DNA of 64,000 nucleotides from Anolis carolinensis (lineage: Eukaryota), in contig NC_085842.1 in assembly GCF_035594765.1 (NCBI RefSeq), positions 240,757,747 through 240,821,746 on the forward strand. The letters run 5' to 3'. The notes beneath the pieces were generated by a model, which did no database searches, had not been told where the DNA came from, and was given only the letters and a program-made list of their open reading frames with translations. Every line of letters starts with the position of its first letter. Positions within the stretch are counted from its first letter, which is position 1. Positions 1-11,150 of the stretch are shown piece after piece. Made by a program: the position numbers and the translations under genes.

Positions 1-346
1 TTTTTTTTATCCAATTGCTGCCAGTTTAGAGGGCTAATCTCTGCCCACTTGGTTGCCTAGCAACCAAGGGACAGCCAGGTTTCAGTTAGGGGACAGGCAG
101 ATTTAGGCCTCACTTAGACTTCTTCCACAGATTATCTAATTTGCACTGGATTATATGGCAGTGTAGACTCAAGGCCCTTCCACACAGCTATATAACCCAT
201 TTATAATCTTATATTATCTGCTTTGCACTGGATTATCTTGACTCCACACTGCCATATAATCCACTTCAGTGTGCATTTTATACAGCTGTGAAGAAGGGGC
301 CTCAGATAATCCAGTTCTAAGCAGATAATTTAAGATTATCAATATA

Positions 347-1003
347 CAGTAGAGTCTCACTTATCCAACATAAACAGGTCGGCAGGATAAGTGAATATGT
401 TGGATAATAAGAAGGGATTCAGGAAAAGCCAATTAAACATCAAATTAGGTAATCGTTATACAAATTAAGCACCAAAACATCATATTATACAACAAATTTG
501 ACAGAAAAAGTAGTTCCATGCGCAGTAATGCTATGTAGTATTTACAGTAGAGTCTCACTTATACAACACTCGCTTATCCAATGTTCTGGATTATCCAACG
601 CATTTTTGTAGTCAATGCTTTTAATATATCGTGATATTTTGGTGCTAAATTCATAAATACAGTAATTACTATATAGCATTACTGTGTACTGAACTACTTT
701 TTCTGACAAATTTGTTGTCTAACATGATGTTTTGGTGCTTAATTTGTAAAATCATAACTTAATTTGATGTTTAATAGGGTTATCCTTAATTCCTCATTAT
801 CCAACATATTCGCTTATCCAACGTTCTGCCTGCCCATTTATGTTGGATAAGTAAGACTCTACTGTACTGTATTTACAAATTTACCACTAAAATATCACAA
901 GGAATTTAAAACACTGACTACAAAAACATTGATTATGAAAAGGCAGACTGCGTTGGATAATCCAGAACATTGTATAAGCGAATGTTGGATAAGTGAGATT
1001 CTT
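347..1003. mobile_element. Tc1/mariner-type MITE (TIR CAGTAGAGTCTCACTTATCCAA) with a second copy nested at 545-864
   Basis: TA-flanked TIRs at 347 and 545/864; same family at 35375, 37625, 45477. Confidence 0.8.
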
Positions 1004-1430
1004 CTTTAATATGAAATAATACTGGGATAGAATAATGCAGAACAATATAATCTCTAAAACCAGGACAGTAAATAAACAGGGGAATTCCACACAGGAAACA
1101 ATCGGGGCCAGCTAACACCTCCCAACAAAGTATTCCCATCATCAAAGTCTGGCAAATCCTGTTTTCTCAGGGCCACAGACAGTAGAAGCACATAAAATAT
1201 CGCAAACAACACCACTCTGAAAACAAGGGAATTCCAGACAGGAAACAATCAGGGCCAGCTAACACCTCCCAACAAAAAATTCACTCAGGGAGGAAACAGC
1301 CAGGCTTTAAAGCTGCAAGGCCATTACATCCTAATCATTTTTCCTAATTGCAGCATTCATACTTGCCTCCAACAAACAAAAAAAAAACCAATCAGAAATA
1401 TTGTATATTCACAACCTTTAGGAAATAATA

Positions 1431-1760
1431 TCCCCTGATGGCGCAGCATGTTAAAGCGCTGAGCTGCTGAACTTCTGGACCGAAAGGCCACAGGTTTGAA
1501 TTGGGGGAGCGGAGAAAGCCCCCACTGTTAGCCCCAGCTTCTGCCAACCCAGAAGTTCAAAAACATGCAAATGTGAGTGCATCAATAGGTACTGCTCCGG
1601 CGGGAAGGTAACACCGCTCCATGTAGTCATCCCACATGACCTTGGAGGAGTCTACGGACTACGCCGGCTCTTCGGCTTAGAAATGGAGATGAGCACCAAC
1701 CTCCAGAGTCAGACACGACTTGACTTAATGTCAAGGGAAAACCTTTACCCTTGACCTTAA
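1431..1760 (+). mobile_element. Sauria SINE (inside Helitron)
   Basis: tRNA-like head GGCGCAGCATGTTAAAGCGCTGAGCTGCTG, core CTCTTCGGCTTAGAAATGGAGATGAGCACC, ACCTTT-type tail. Confidence 0.85.
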
Positions 1761-1837
1761 CTACCACCAATTCCTCAATACTTTATTTCCCATACCACCA
1801 TACTTCGCCACAGCAACGCGTGGCCGGGCACAGCTAG

Positions 1838-2457
1838 TATATATATAAAAGATGTAATGTGCATAATTCCCATGGAGTAAACAACAAAACCACTGGACCA
1901 AATCACACCAAATTTGGCCACAAAAGACATAGTCACCCAATCTATGTCTTTCCATCAAAAAACCCTATAAAATTAGGTCCAAATTACAGGAAAACCCCCC
2001 AAATCCAAACATTACTAACCACGCATGTGCAGAAGCCTCCCAGTAAACTTGGTGATGTTAGCCAGGTGGGCGGGGCTTCAATGGACACCACGCACCAATG
2101 GCAAGGCTTCCTTCCCTTTTCCCCTCAGGAGAGAGCATATGTGGTGAGAGGAAGAGAGCCAGTGGCCTCAAAAGGCCTCCCCAGCACAGGAAGGTGGCGG
2201 ATGGCCGGTGAAAGAGGGGAATGGCGCCCCAAGTGGCCACGAGATGCATTACACACAACTTGATGCCTCAAAGGACCTCTCCCCATCTCAGAGTCATTAT
2301 TATTATTATTATTATTATTAGGTTCCTGGGAACCATCAAAATGAACAAGCCCATTCAATCTTAATCAAGGTGACTAATTACAACATTCATACTTGCCTCC
2401 ATAAACAAAAACCCACTTAGGATGACGCCACAGCAACACATGGCCGGGTACAGCTAG
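1838..2457 (+). mobile_element. Second short non-autonomous Helitron, head-to-tail with the first
   Basis: Starts TATATATATAAAAG; ends GCCACAGCAACACATGGCCGGGTACAG-CTAG|T, nearly identical to the 1837 terminus. Confidence 0.7.
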
Positions 2458-3088
2458 TGTTCTCTATAAATCTTGAGTTGTGCTGGAGAACCTAGAGATT
2501 TCTAGAGATTCTTTCTCCATTCAGATGCTGGCTACTTAATTGTATTTTTCCTTGTTGATTTGATGCTTTCTAAATCTCTTACATGGACTTTATTGCACCC
2601 TCTCTTAGAATTCACATGATGACGGGTATTGAGTGTTAATGGGATAGTCACTCTGTCTTAGTGCTGTTTTGTTTCTCTGTGAGTCCTGTGGCTAGATTTC
2701 CTGTTGAGCATCAGGCTATAGGGTGACATAGATCCACAGTCTGGGGATCCTCCTGGACTCAACACTGATGCTTGAAGTTCAGGTGTTGGCAATGGCTTGG
2801 AGGGCCTTCACACAATTAAAACCTGTGTGCCAGCTGTGAACCGTACCTCGAAAAGTCTGACTTGGCCATGGTGGTTACATCCAGAGTGAACTACTGTAAT
2901 GCACTCTACGTGGGAGTACCTTTGAAGACGGCTTGGAAACAACAGTTAGTGCAAACGTCAGCAGCCAGATTACTAACTGGGGCTAGCTATAGGAAGCATA
3001 CCACATCCCTATTAAAGCAGCTCCACTGGCTTCTGACAAGTTTCCAGCCCAATTCAAAGTGCAGGTTATCACCTATAAAGTTCTATAC

Positions 3089-3812
3089 CAGGGGTCCCCA
3101 AACTAAGGCCCGGGGGCCGGATGTGGCCCTCCGAGGTCATTTACCTGGCCCCCGCCCTCAGTTTTATAATATAATATATGGTATATACATATAATATTGA
3201 TAATATTATAATGTAATACAATATAACACTAATAATAATACCATATAATAATAATATTAATTATATATTCTATATTACATATAATATTACTAATAATATT
3301 ACAGTATAATGGTATAGTTCAATATAGTAATATATAATGCTAATATTGTGCTATGCAAATAATATAATATATTGTATGTACATATAATTTGTAAGCCACT
3401 CTGAGTCCCCTTTGGGGTGAGAAGGGTGTGATACAAATGTAGTAAATAAATGCAGTAAATAAATAAATAATAAATAAATACATTTTAGACTTAAGACGAA
3501 ATCTGAAATGACTTGAAGGCACACAACAACAACAACAACAACAACCCTAATTCACTTGACTATCTCATTGGCCAGAAGCAGGACCACATTTTCCATTGAA
3601 ATCCTGATAAATGTATGTTGGTTAAAATTGTTTTTATTTTTAAATATTGTATTGTTCTTTCATTGTTCTTGTTGTTTTTGCACTACAAATAAGACATGTG
3701 CAGCGTGTGTCGGAATTTGTTTGTATTTTTTTTTTCCAAATGATAATCTGGCCCCTCAACAGTATGAAGGATTGTGGACCGGCCCTCGGCTTAAAAAGTT
3801 TGAGGACCCCTG
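3089..3812 (+). mobile_element. hAT non-autonomous element (OC1/OposCharlie-like ends)
   Basis: TIRs CAGGGGTCCCCAAACT / AGTTTGAGGACCCCTG; perfect 8-bp TSD TTCTATAC. Confidence 0.9.
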
Positions 3813-3842
3813 TTCTATACACTCCGGCTCCAACCTATCTTC

Positions 3843-4314
3843 TATTGGGGCAGGTAAAAATCAGTTGGTGTGTATGTTAACTGAAAAATGCAACACACTA
3901 AGCTGATTGGTTGGGCCACACCCTGGGAGCTAACTGAGGCTGGGATTTTTGGCAACAGTTACAGATGGCTTTCTTTGCAGGAGCTTAGCAAGAGTTTTTT
4001 TTTGTTTTGTTCCTGGGCTGCTGGAAGGAAGGAAGGAAGGAAGGAAGGAAGGAAGGAAGGAAGGAAGGAAGGAAGGAAGGAAGGAAGGAAGGAAGGAAGG
4101 AAGACATTTTATATGGACATCTAAAGACCATTTGAATCTCTCTCAAAAGACATTATGTGAGTCAATGCAACTTTTGAAATGACTGTATATATGTTGCTCT
4201 GCATTTTGAACTTCTTGTTATTTACTGTTCATATGCATGGCATATCTTTTCCCTGTGCAAGACAGTGTGCGGACTGGTCAAACGTGAACTACGTGTGATT
4301 TTCATTCAGCAACA
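3843..4314. mobile_element. Probable solo LTR containing (GGAA)n
   Basis: Ends TATTG...CAACA; flanks TCTTC/TCTTA; splits the L2 sequence, which resumes at 4315. Confidence 0.5.
4023..4103. repeat. (GGAA)n microsatellite
   Basis: Direct reading. Confidence 0.98.
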
Positions 4315-5029
4315 TCTTAGAAAACACATCTCCTTCTATGAACTGGCGCGAACACTGAGATCTGCTGGGGAGGCCTTTCTCTCAGTCCCACCAATGTCAC
4401 TGGTATGGTTGGTGGGGATGAGAGAGGGGGCCTTCTCGGTGGTGGTTACCCGGATCTGGAATGCCCTCCCTAGAGAGATCAGGTTAGGGCCCACACTCCA
4501 CACCTTTCGGTCTAGCCTAAAAACATGGCCTTTTAAAAGGGCCTTTGACCTTGAGTAGACTGAAATGGGTGCATGCGGGGACTGATGATTCATTTTGGCA
4601 CTTTAGTTCGTTAATTGAAAACACAGGCATTTGAGCAGCAGACGCAGCATTAATAGTAAAAATGATTTTGTGACTGATAATGGACAGACCTGGATCATGA
4701 ATTGAATTGTGCTTTTTAAATGGATCTTTAAATGGATGTTTTAAATTAATGTTTAATTGTTTTTAATTGTAATTGTTTTGAATATTATGTTTTCTAGCAT
4801 CTAATGATTGCTGATTGTAAGGCCGCACCCTCGGGGGTGAAAAGGATGGGATATAAATGTCTGAAATAAATAAATAAACAAATAAATAAATAAAAAGTCA
4901 GTTTTAACCGCAAGCACTACTGCATTTTATAAATTTTAGCAATTTTATTTTGTGATGTTATGTGCCTTCGTTGTGGTTGCGGTTGTTATTTTATGTTGCT
5001 ATTGTTTTTATGCTTATGTATGATTTGTT

Positions 5030-5359
5030 GGAGCCTCCCGTGGCTCAGTGTGTTAAAGCGCTGAGCTGATGAACTTGCAGACTGAAAGGTCACAAGTTCA
5101 AATCTGGGGAGCGGAGTGAGTGCCCGCTGTAAGCTCCAGCTTCTGCCAACCCAGCAGTTCGAAAACATGCAAATGTGAGTAGATCAATAGGTACCACTCC
5201 GGCGGGAAGGTAACGGCATTCCATTCAGTCATGCCGGCCACATGACCTTGGAGGTGTCTACGGACAACGCCAGCTCTTCGGCTTAGAAATGAAGATGAGC
5301 ACCAACCCCAGAGTCGGACACGACTGGACTTAACGTCAGGGGAAACCTTTACCTTTACC
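5030..5359 (+). mobile_element. Full-length Sauria SINE
   Basis: GGAGCC head to (ACCTTT)n tail; TSD TATGATTTGTT/TATGGTTTGTT. Confidence 0.92.
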
Positions 5360-5450
5360 TATGGTTTGTTTTATGTGCAGTTCTTTGGAGTGCTTTTGTG
5401 AGCCGCCCTGAGTCCCTTTGGGGAGATGGTGGCGGGGTATGAATAAAGGC

Positions 5451-5501
<51 letters not shown>
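5451..5501. repeat. (TTA)n microsatellite, tail of an L2-type 3' end
   Basis: Follows GAGCCGCCCTGAGTCCC...GGCGGGGTATGAATAAAG. Confidence 0.9.
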
Positions 5502-5509
5502 GGAGGGAG

Positions 5510-5790
5510 CTCCACCGACCTGTAGTTATGCAGCTGTGTAATTATTTAAACAGATTATTTAAGAAGGCAGTCTCTGTTATGTTTAGTTAAAATTTCTGGT
5601 TTTTTCCTCTCCAGTAATTTTGATCACAATACTTTCAACTTGTCCTCCATATTTCTGGCCACAGATCCTCTCGCAGATATATACGGGACATCTTTTACCT
5701 GTGATGCTACTCACCCTCTGCTGCTCTTTTGTCTATTCCTTTTGAATTGGTTAGAAATTTTAATTGCTGTATTTCAGCCATGAGTTCTAA
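5510..5790 (-). mobile_element. Degenerate CR1 LINE endonuclease fragment
   Basis: Minus translation FKRNRQKSSRG*VASQVKDV.../GGQVESIVIKITGE resembles CR1 ORF2 endonuclease (RGGGVALYVK...VESIW). Confidence 0.55.
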
Positions 5791-5798
5791 TCCTACTA

Positions 5799-6219
5799 CC
5801 GTGTTTCCCCGAAAATAAGACAGTGTCTTATATTAATTTTTGCTCCCAAAGATGCTCTGGGTCTTATTTTCAGGGGATGTCTTATTTTTCCATGAAGAAG
5901 AATTCACATTTATTGTTGAACAAAATAAATGAACATTATATACTGTACAGTAGTTGTCATCATAAACCAGCATAACCAGACAAACTGTGAATCCTATCAA
6001 GAATTTCTTGTTACTACAGTACCAATATTTCCATGTACAACACTTTATAATACGTATATTTACCGATCCTGCATGCTCTGGTGTTCTGTTCGGTGAGCAT
6101 GCTTCCAAACAAAAACTCTGCTAGGTCTTACTTTCGGGGGAGGCCTTATATTTAGCAATTCAGCAAAACCTCTACTAGGTCTTATTTTCTGGGGATGTCT
6201 TATTTAAGGGGAAACAGGG
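5799..6219. mobile_element. Tc1/mariner (pogo/Tigger-like) MITE
   Basis: TIRs CCGTGTTTCCCCGAAAATAAGAC / GTCTTATTTAAGGGGAAACAGGG with TA flanks. Confidence 0.8.
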
Positions 6220-7624
6220 TAGGTTTCAATACTCATTCACATTTGCTTTCATGTGCTATTTTGAGCTGTTTCCCTGAAACATCTCCCCCCCCCCCCCCCC
6301 CAAATGCATTAACAGCAGAAACAAAAGTATGGGATGGGAGCAGAGATGAGACTAACAAACATTTTATGATTGCAATTCAACATTCCCTCAGCATTGTATA
6401 CATATTCACATGTGGAGATATGCTGCACCAGCACTACACAACCCCTATGCAGAATAGAAACATTGTGCAAACCATCTCAATGTCTGGGTGTTATTGTGTG
6501 ATGCAGAGTGAGCAGTGAAAAATGTGCAGTACACAAAGTGTAATAATAATAAATTATATTGTTGCATGCACAATTGTGCTTCTACCGGTACTGCTGTCCA
6601 CCAAATACATCCATTGTTGCGAACATGGCAAACATTAATCCCCCGTGCATAATGCGCCTCATGCACGCATATGTTATTAACAGAATTCTAGCCAGCATAT
6701 GGGAAATGGACAATATTTCTTAATGGGTTCAAGCTTACATTACACTTTTAAAGTGCTTGTAAATTAAAACTCTGATTAAATTGCAATATTACTGTAATAG
6801 AAATTACTAAACAGACATAATATTATTGCAAAAGAAGTTTAGGAGTGACATTATGGACATAAAATAAGAATTAAAGATTTAGCTGTAGGCTGATCTGTTT
6901 TAATTGAGCCTGATCAATTCCATTTTGATAATGTTTGAAGTCTCCTGATGGTCTGCATTAATTGCTGAGCAATATAATTTGTGCCATGCTAGAAATGCTG
7001 CAACTGCAATATTATGTGCCCAGTGCCAACAACTAGATGTTATGGTTACATAAAATTCCAGATTCTGAGAACATCCTCTTAAACAACAACAAAAAAGCTC
7101 TGGCTAGATTCTGTACTGGCCACACAGACTTCAGATAAGAGCTATCACATATGCATTAGATATTGCTCATGTGCACTTTGCCATTGTGTATATAACTCTG
7201 AAATCCTATAGAATACTGATGCTTGAAATAAATTCTAACTATCTCAATCGGTGCTGTGAGGAGGTTGGACTGAAAGCAGTGTTTTTAATTGGTAGATCCT
7301 TTGGCCAAAGTTATTGTTTGTTGTCTGTTTGCCTTCCAGATCAAGTTTCAGGGCTTATTCCAGCTCCATAGGAGATCCAGCCTAGGATTTACTGCCATAT
7401 AATGCAGTTTGAGCTCATTTAATTAAATTCTGCATTATATGGCAGTGTAGATCCAGCTATAGTAAGGCTGATATCCAACAATGTTGGTGCTTGTAGTCTC
7501 ATATGCTGCATTGTTCTTGCAATACCCAATATCAGTGTTGACTATTTTAGGTGGTGCAAAGTTTAGATTGCCTCAAAGAGACCCTATCACAAAAACTTAT
7601 TGGCCAATTTTTTTCAGAGAGGTT

Positions 7625-8362
7625 TGCACTCTCTTGACCTCAGAGACCAGCTACTACAAAGAGAACCACCAGAAGCCTAACCCTGCCAAGACACAAGTAT
7701 GTGCTTTCCACACCGTGAAGCTAACAGGAAATTGAAAGTTACCTGGGAAGGCCAAGAGCTCGAACACTGTTTCCATCCTAAATATCTCGGTGTCACCTTA
7801 GATCAAACACTAACATTCAGGAAACACTGTATGAACACCTAACTGTGAGAGAAATAAGGTTGAACACTTTGAAAACCATCCACTGAATCGCTATCAGCAT
7901 CCTCCCAATAAACTCAAATCAAAGAAAAGCTTCATGAGAACCACCACTCTTCTAAATGTTCCCCCAGCAACAGCAAGAATATGCCTCTGCGCAGCTAAAC
8001 CAGGAAATCCCAAATGATTGGCCCCCCCATGAGGGTCTGCCTCCAGGAGCGAACCAAGAATGGGCAACTTGGAAGTCCTTGAACAGAGGTGGAGTTGGCA
8101 GATCAAAAAGTCAACCTGGCAAAATGGCACTACCTAAAAGAATCCTCCACCATGTGCAAATGTGGAGCAGAACAAACAACTCCTCATCTGTACACTTGTC
8201 CACAATGTCCTGCCTCATGCACAGCGGAAGAACTATTTAAAGCTACAGACAATGCAGTTGCAGTGGCCGTTTTTGGTCTAAAATTATTTAGTTGCTTGTG
8301 CTCCCTCTATTTTATCAGTTTTATACTTATTTATGCAACGCTTTTGACTCGAAATAAATAAA
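7625..8362 (+). mobile_element. Vingi/Ingi-clade LINE 3' fragment (internally deleted)
   Basis: KPNPAKTQVCAFH, PKYLGVTLDQTL, C-terminal CKCGAEQTTPHLYTC zinc knuckle; (AAAT) tail. Confidence 0.8.
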
Positions 8363-8379
8363 ACTCAGATAATTGTGTA

Positions 8380-8480
8380 AGTTGCCCAAGATCTCTCAGT
8401 GGATTTCCATGCCTGAGCAGGAATTCAAACTCAGGTCTCCAGAGTCATAGTTCAACACTTAAACCACTATACCATACTGA
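8380..8480 (-). mobile_element. MIR-like tRNA SINE fragment (similar at ~15270-15450 and ~33160-33340)
   Basis: TTGCCCAAG...GGATTTCCATG...GAATTCAAACTCAGGTCTCCAGAGTC. Confidence 0.6.
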
Positions 8481-8783
8481 GACTCTAAATTCAGTGTGTT
8501 GCACATGACAAAATTGGAAAAGAAGCACTTCCTACAATCAATAGACTATAAAAGGATTTGGGAAAATGTCGTTCAGTCCATCAACAAAGTGTTTTCTATA
8601 CCCATCCCTAAGCGAGAGATTAGCCCATGTTACTAGAAAATGCTTTCTCAAGCCAAGCCAGTTTATGGCATGCAACAAACAGAGAAGTTGCAAAGAGGAA
8701 CTATCTAACAAAATTGTGTTAGAGAGCACAACAGTTTATTAAAGGGGTTGTTAAGCAACCAAGTCATGGAAGAAGATCTAAAG

Positions 8784-9503
8784 CAGGGGTCCCCAAACTA
8801 AGGCCCGGGGGCCCGATGCGGCCCTCCGAGGTCATTTACCTGGCCCCCGCCCTCAGTTTTGTAATATAATATAGTGTATATACATATAATATTGATAATA
8901 ATAATAAAATGTAATACAATATAACACTAATAATAATACCATATAATAATAATTATATATTCTATATTACATATAATATTACTAATAATATTACAGTATA
9001 GTGGTATCGTTCAATATAGTAATATATAATGCTAATATTGTGCTATGCTAATAATATAATATATTGTATGTACATATAATTTGTAAGCCACTCTGAGTCC
9101 GCTTTGGGGTGAGAAGGGTGTGATACAAATGTAGTAAATAAATGCAGTAAATAAAAAATAAATTTTAGACTTAGACTCACCCAAAGTCTGAAATGACTTG
9201 AAGGCACACAACAGCAACAACAGCAACAACAACCCTAATTAATTTGACTATCTCATTGGCCAGAAGCAGGACCACACTTCCCATTGAAATCCTGATAAAT
9301 GTATGTTGGTTAAAATTGTTTTTATTTTTAAATATTGGATTGTTCTTTCATTGTTGTTGTTGTTGTTGTTTTTGCACTACAGATAAGACATGTGCAGTGT
9401 GCATCGGAATTTGTTTGTATTTTTTTTCAAATGATAATCCGGCCCCTCAACAGTCTGAAGGATTGTGGACCGGCCCTCAGCTTAAAAAGTTTGAGGACCC
9501 CTG
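8784..9503 (+). mobile_element. hAT non-autonomous element, second copy of 3089-3812
   Basis: Same TIRs and body; perfect 8-bp TSD ATCTAAAG. Confidence 0.9.
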
Positions 9504-9682
9504 ATCTAAAGGATGGAGGCAATTGTCAGCTAAAGTGTACTTTGATAAATGGTTTCGTAAGACCAAATATTTATTAAACCCCATGAATAAATATAACATT
9601 TCTCCCTCAAGCATCCCAAAGTGGTGAAGGCAGTATATAAGCTCAAGGTAAGCAGATTGTTCCTATTGCAGTGCCAATGAGG

Positions 9683-9755
9683 TCTTCTTCTTCTTCTTCT
9701 TCTTCTTCTTCTTCTTCTTCTTCTTCTTCTTCTTCTTCTTCTTCTTCTTCTTCTT
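9683..9755. repeat. (TTC)n microsatellite
   Basis: Direct reading. Confidence 0.98.
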
Positions 9756-10911
9756 TTGCTTTACAGGGAATCAATACAATATAACCATAATTTCCTTGTA
9801 AGCTTTTAAAACAAACTTCTATCATCAATTATTGCATAGGAGAAAAACATAAATAAAATCAATTGGACAATGGCTGGTTCTAGCTAAAAGCATACCTTAG
9901 CTATTGTGTTACATGGTTATTGCAGAGTGTGGCTTTTCTTTCTTATATTAAAAATAACGAGGAAAAAGAAGGGGGAGGAGTTCTGAGGGCATGCTCCTGT
10001 TTCATTTATAAAATATTTACAGGATAGTCTTCTGCATATTTCAGTTTGTCAGATCTTAGGGCCACAGATCTTAAGATCTGATCTTAGGGTCAGATCTTAA
10101 GTCACAGAAAATTGCCATACCTCTCTGGGTGTTCAGGAAAGGAGATGCAGTGCTACAGAACATTTATTTTGTTTTACAGGTGAAGGCAGAATTAAACTAA
10201 TTACCCACTTCTACTATTCCCACTGATTCCATAGTCCAGTGCAAAGATGTTTACATGTGCATTGTGCCTTTGCAATTTGGCTGTACCAAAAATGATAGGA
10301 GACTCTGATAAGAGGTGGTGCACTTGAGCCAACCATGTCCTTTGAAGAAAGGGAGAGGAATACCAATGGTATGACTCACAAACGTTCTTATTGTGCAAGT
10401 CCTGAGTGAAAAAACCCTTTGTGGGAATAGAAGTAAGACTTCCACAGCTCTCAGTCTAGAAAAACTCATCACTTCACGTGTGCTGTAGAAAAAGCCACAA
10501 AAGATGTGATAAGTAGCAGAGGTAGCAACTACTGTATTTGTTGGCTGCCAAAAACATTATGTCCTTGGGTTTCCATATTACCTGGTCAACACAATTACAC
10601 CTGGACTGTGGGTGCTTTGTGTCTTCCTCTTATGTCCGTTTCCATAATCAGTTTTGGCCTTTCTCACAGTCTTTATCCATCCAATGTGAAGTCACAGGGA
10701 TCTACTCCTTGGTTTCAAAGTTTGGGGAAATAGGATACATCTAATATGACAACTTTAGGTTAAATCAGGCAATCGCTTCTGTAACACATTGACTAAAAGA
10801 AACAGTACAAGAAACATTACGAGGGGCAATTACATACCAGAAGGGAAAACAGGGTACATCTTGAACTCTAAGGGCTGAACAATTGATCCTAATTAAGAAT
10901 AAGTAGAATAT

Positions 10912-11150
10912 AACATAAAATCAAAGAGCTGGAAGAGACCACAAAGGCCATCCAGTCCAACCCCTTGCAATGCAGAAACACACAACCAAAGCACCCCGAT
11001 AGATGGCCACCCAGCCTCTGCTAAAAAACCTTCAGGGGGAAACTCCACTATACTCCCAGGCAGCATATTCCACAGCCAGACAGATCTTACCATCAAGATT
11101 TTTTTTTCTAATGTTTAAGTGGAATCTCTTTTCCTTTAATTTGAATCTTA
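10912..11150 (-). mobile_element. CR1 LINE 3' fragment
   Basis: Reverse of CR1 3' end (GGAAGAGACCACAAAGGCCATCCAGTCCAACCCC...AGATGGCCACCCAGCCTCTG). Confidence 0.75.

Larger units (their letters stand above)
1..1837 (+). mobile_element. Non-autonomous Helitron, composite, 5' end outside window
   Basis: 3' end CCACAGCAACGCGTGGCCGGGCACAG-CTAG|T (GC-rich subterminal hairpin, CTAG terminus, following T); body contains MITE, Penelope-like and Sauria SINE pieces. Confidence 0.75.
2720..4895 (+). mobile_element. L2-clade LINE 3' fragment, interrupted by a hAT MITE and an LTR-like insert
   Basis: Degenerate ORF2 C-terminus (VTSRVNYCNALYVG...LHWL; RAFSVVVTRIWNALP...LKTW); 3' tail ending (AAAT)n. Confidence 0.8.

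Noticed and set aside
3888-4182. ORFs with (GRKE)n repeats
   Set aside because: Translation of the (GGAA)n microsatellite.
9643-9828. Poly-Glu ORF
   Set aside because: Translation of the (TTC)n microsatellite.
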